Positions 60,201 to 64,000 of a stretch of DNA of 64,000 nucleotides are shown piece by piece (position 1 is the first letter of the stretch; each line of letters opens with the position of its first letter). The position numbers were made by a program, and so were the translations under genes. The notes under the pieces were generated by a model. That model was not told where the DNA came from. It made no database searches and was given only the letters and a program-made list of their open reading frames with translations. Origin of the DNA: Vitrella brassicaformis CCMP3155 (taxonomy: Eukaryota > Protista > Chromerida); the NCBI GenBank assembly GCA_001179505.1, contig CDMY01000426.1, positions 1-64,000 of the forward strand, written 5' to 3'.

Positions 60201-63200
60201 GTGGCAGTGGCTGGATGGCCAGCAGGTCAGGCAGGTCAAGCAGCTCAGCCCGCAGCTGGTTGACCAGCAGCTCGTCTTGTTCACCAATCTACACACACAC
60301 ACACACACAGAAGGGGATGGAGCATCACACACACGCGTCAAGGCACCCGACTCACTCACCTCAGCGTTGATAGTTGCGTGTGCACAGAGGGTGGCCATGG
60401 CCGAGATGGCGTCCCTGTCCTCCGTCATGCGCAGGACCAGCTCGTACTCGCCCCGGTCGACCTCCTCGTCCATCAGCAGGATGCGGCTCTCCATCAGCTT
60501 GCCCACAGAACTGCAGACAGACACAACAACACACAACACAACACACATGCGAAGGAAGAGTGTGTGGAAATGTGATGTGTGTGTTGGGTTTGTGGTGGGG
60601 CGCACCGTGGTTGGTTGGGCTTGGTTGATGTGTACTGCGATGGCTTGGGGACCAGCTCGATGGCAAGAGGGAGCCATGGCGGGTGCAGCTCTACCTCTAC
60701 CTATCAAATACACAGACAGCCGGCCAGCCAAACACATATGAGTACAGGTGACCTCGTTGTGTCTCTATGTGGTCTCTCTTTCTCGCTACCCTGACGGCCA
60801 CGGGCTGGTCGGCGACAGTGAATGGGAAGGACGTCTTCATGTCGGGCGACATCCAGAACTGAGTCGGCTTGGACACCTCCAGCTTGTGGCTCACCTTCCT
60901 GCACACAACACACGACAAACAATGCGCTGTGTCCTTCTATCCATCCATCCATCCACGGTGTATGTGTCGCTCTCATCCTCACCTTGGCACCAGGTTGAGC
61001 AGCACCGATCCCAGGTGGTCGGCGGCCGCCTGCTGCGCCCTCGTGGAGTCCATCAAAGCGCTGAACGAACCAGCCGCCCACGGACACGCTGCACGAATGC
61101 ACACACATGCGTCAGATGAGTGTGAGCGTGTGTCTGTGTGTGTGTGTGTGTACCAGGTATGAGGTCAAGCGGCTCAACCACCATATGCAGCTGCACCACC
61201 GGGCACACAGTGGAGAAGTCGGTCGCCTGGCTGAGCACCATGTGCAGCTGGTACGAGCCGCCCTGGTCCAGCCTCGCAAACAAGCTGTTGGTGCTCTCCT
61301 GAACCACCTGACCGGGCTGCAGCAACTCCATGCCCCCACCGCCCCCATCAGCGGGCGACCTCACGCCGCTGGGGTTGGTGGCCAGGCGCATTCTGACGGT
61401 TGATTTGAGGCCGACGGTGGTGATCTTGATGATGGACGGGGCGGCGATGTCGAGAAGGGTCAGGTGGCGGCCGGATGGGGGGACGATGAACTGGCTGTCG
61501 ATGACCAGCTCCTCCCCTCTCCTAGTCGATATCAAAGCAGGCAGCTCAGACGTGCCTGCATACACACACAGGGAGGGGAGAGAGAAAGGGGTGCACACCA
61601 AGACACCGATTCATGTGTGTCTGGGGTCTGTCTCACCAGCTCTGCACAGCCAGTCCTCGCCCCTCAGCTCCTCGCCAGTGCGCTCAATCAGCCGCATGTC
61701 CACCCAGAAAGTGGCACAGGTCACCAGGTTGTCGGCCCATCTCGTCTCGCTCGCGTCGAGGAACTTGTTGCCCGACCCCCCTTTGCTGGGGTCCAGCTTG
61801 GGCCGCCCGACGTAGTAGATGTCGACAGTGTAGCTGCCCGGCTCCAGCGGCCCCAGCAGCTCCGCATAGCCGTTGGACGTCACCCTGGGCTCGCTCACGT
61901 GCATGCCTTCACGATTCAGCTGCAAGCATGGAACAAGGAACACGACACAGAGAGATGGGTGGTCTCTGTTGCCTGTCTGTCTGTTTGTCTGTGTGCGTGT
62001 GTCTGCGTGTGTGCGTGCCTGTAGCCTGAAGTCGCTGGTGAGGTAGTCGCTTTTGATGCCCATTTTCAGGTAGGTCGCCGGGTCGTGGGGCCCGATGTTG
62101 AACGACTTGGACGCCAGGATGTGGGGCTGGGCTGCAGGCAGACAGCCGTGACATAATTGCAGGAAATGCGTGAGTGCACATCATGTTGGTTCTCTTTCCC
62201 ACTTACTTACCTGTGGTTGACGGGATGGGTTTCTCGAATCGCTGCCAGTTCTCCCGTTTGCTGCGGAGCATCTCGCCCAGGTAGACCTGACCACTGTCCA
62301 CACACGAACCACTCTGACCACACACACACAGACGCAGGCACACAGCGAGAGGCGAGTCATTCATCTGCAGCCCCTCCCTCGTCTCCCCTCGCCCATTCTC
62401 ACCTGCTTGACCAATTCCACAGGTTTCAGCGCCACTTGAACGAAGAAGCCGTCACACGGATGCAGCCCGCCCAGCGGGTAGTCGGCGAAGAATCCCAGCC
62501 CGTACTTGCCCGGCGGCAGTGGCGTGTGAATGGTCTGGTCGTTGGTACCGCCCAGGGCGTGCATGCGGACCGGCGGGGCGATGACGCGCGGCGGGGCGTC
62601 GAGCGTCGTCAGGATGATCCGCAGGTCGACCGACGACTTGTGTGTCGTCACGCGGAAGAGACTCGGCTCCCTGCACTCGTTGAATGGCACATTCACACAC
62701 ATCCGTGTGTGGCTGCGGAGGGGAGGGCAGGAGGGTACCTGACGTCAAGGGTGACGACGTGTTTCATCTCCTCGAGCTCGTCGGGCGGGAATCCAAACCA
62801 ATCGCGGATGTGCAGAGCGCGGCCCTCGATGGTACCCACCTGAAGATTCAAACATGCACACCTACTCACAAGGACTATGCTTGTTGTGCGCCATTCGCTC
62901 ACTGACCTCCAGGTCATCGGTGTTGTGCGAGTCCGACTGTACGATCTTGGCCGGCAGCCGGGCGTTGGTGCACATCCACGACTGCGGGCCGACCTCGAAG
63001 GGCGTCAGCTTCGACTCATACTGAATGAATGTGCGACACACACACAACCGAGGAGCGTTTGTGGGCGTGTCTATGGGCAGCGGCAGATGTGTGAATGGGT
63101 GTGTGTTTTGCCTGCCTTGATGTCGACTTCGAGGTCGAATTCCATGCAGTGCGTCTTGCTGTCACTCAGGTACATGGGCTCGCCCGCCAGCAGCCACAGC

Positions 63201-64000
63201 TGCACCACTCACATACACACACACACACACACACAGGGTGCATCGGTGCTCTCGGCGCGTGAGATCGTGTGTGTGTGTTCTTTCTCTGCGCTGACCTTGT
63301 ATGTGAATCCTGAAGGCATGGCGTGGTCCATCACCTGCCCGTTGTATATAGGCGTCGCCCCGATGCACCTGCATAGCACGGATCCGTGTGCATCGATTGA
63401 TAACACAGTTGAGTTTCTCTCTCTCTCGCGCACCCCATTTGGCATGAGGGCTCGGTGGCAGTCTCGTCAGGTGTGGTGTTGAGGTCGAACAGCTCTATGA
63501 GTATCTGGAAGGGGCCGCTGATGAACCTGAAGGTCGACCGGAGGAAGAACCGCACGAACCGGTGCAACCTGATGACACATACACGCAAACACACACACAA
63601 ACAGAGAGAGAGAGGGACGTGGTCTTGTTGTGGTGTTGCAGCCGTGTGTCGGTATACCTCGGGGGCACGTCGACGACGAGTGACCACACCTCCTGATGAA
63701 CACAAGTACAGACGTCCATGTGTGGAGGCGTGTGTGTCACGGCGGCCTCCCATTGATCATTTTGAAAGCTCACTCTCTTGAAAGGGTTCCACACTCGGTC
63801 ATGCGTGAAGACGTACACGTACGGCTTGGCTGCATGAACCATACAGAGACCATAAAAGGGCATGCACACGAGTGTGCGCGTGTCCCTGTGTGTGTTACAT
63901 GGCGGGTTGCTATCGTGGAAGCCCTTGTCGTCGAGGGTGATCTTCTCGCGCTTGACGGGCAGCCCTGAAGTGCCCGGACAAGAACTGGGGATATGGTAAG
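55961..64000 (-). CDS. Giant type-I membrane protein (3' part only; continues beyond the window) with repeated LxPGxY...CxxF beta-sandwich-like modules, a Pro-rich stalk, one TM and an acidic tail
   Basis: Roughly 25-30 spliceable exons; repeated motifs PLPPGKYGL, PLEPGSYTV, LDQGGSYQL, VDRGEYEL, VLQPGYYRI, EVPPGTYHV; TM GMGAWGVLGWSFVLSVVAILLLIAW; stop at 55961. Confidence 0.8.
59646..59720 (+). repeat. Three copies of the intronic 20-mer ACACACAAGTGCGTGTGTGT
   Basis: Copies at 59646, 59676 and 59701. Confidence 0.85.

Noticed and set aside
1-64000. tRNA/rRNA genes and genetic-code reassignment
   Set aside because: No T-loop/D-loop cloverleaf or rRNA motif was noticed by eye (tRNAscan would be decisive). 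The only in-frame stop found (53255) is in a copy that is also frameshifted, so it does not indicate stop-codon readthrough.

Overview
Intron-rich, GC-rich eukaryotic genomic DNA with short GT-AG introns (about 70-130 nt, full of CA/TG, GA and GACA microsatellites) and one 300-N gap. Intron style and gene families suggest a chromerid alveolate such as Vitrella brassicaformis; this is inference, not a database result. About 18 spliced protein-coding loci were reconstructed by hand. Recognisable and apparently intact: an acetate/ammonia permease of the GPR1/FUN34/SatP family, the DEAD-box helicase DDX54/DBP10, RanBP1, an F-box protein, a nucleolin-like 2xRRM protein with a C-terminal SAM domain, an LRR + Cys-rich + multi-TM receptor-like protein, and a giant type-I membrane protein with repeated beta-sandwich-like modules running off the right edge. 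A secreted type-B carboxylesterase (full Ser-Glu-His triad, but a 1-nt frameshift in the oxyanion-hole loop) sits head-to-head, 112 bp from the acetate permease, across a spacer with three dyad elements. Four members of one lineage-expanded F-box-like family are present and each carries a different frame-breaking lesion. Two of them form a ~2.9-kb inverted segmental duplication 43 kb apart (5.3-8.1 kb versus 51.4-54.3 kb) with lesions in complementary halves. An ankyrin-coiled coil-UIM-RING gene has two frameshifts. No rRNA, tRNA, CRISPR array or recognisable transposase/RT was found. Exon coordinates are manual and may be off by a few bases.
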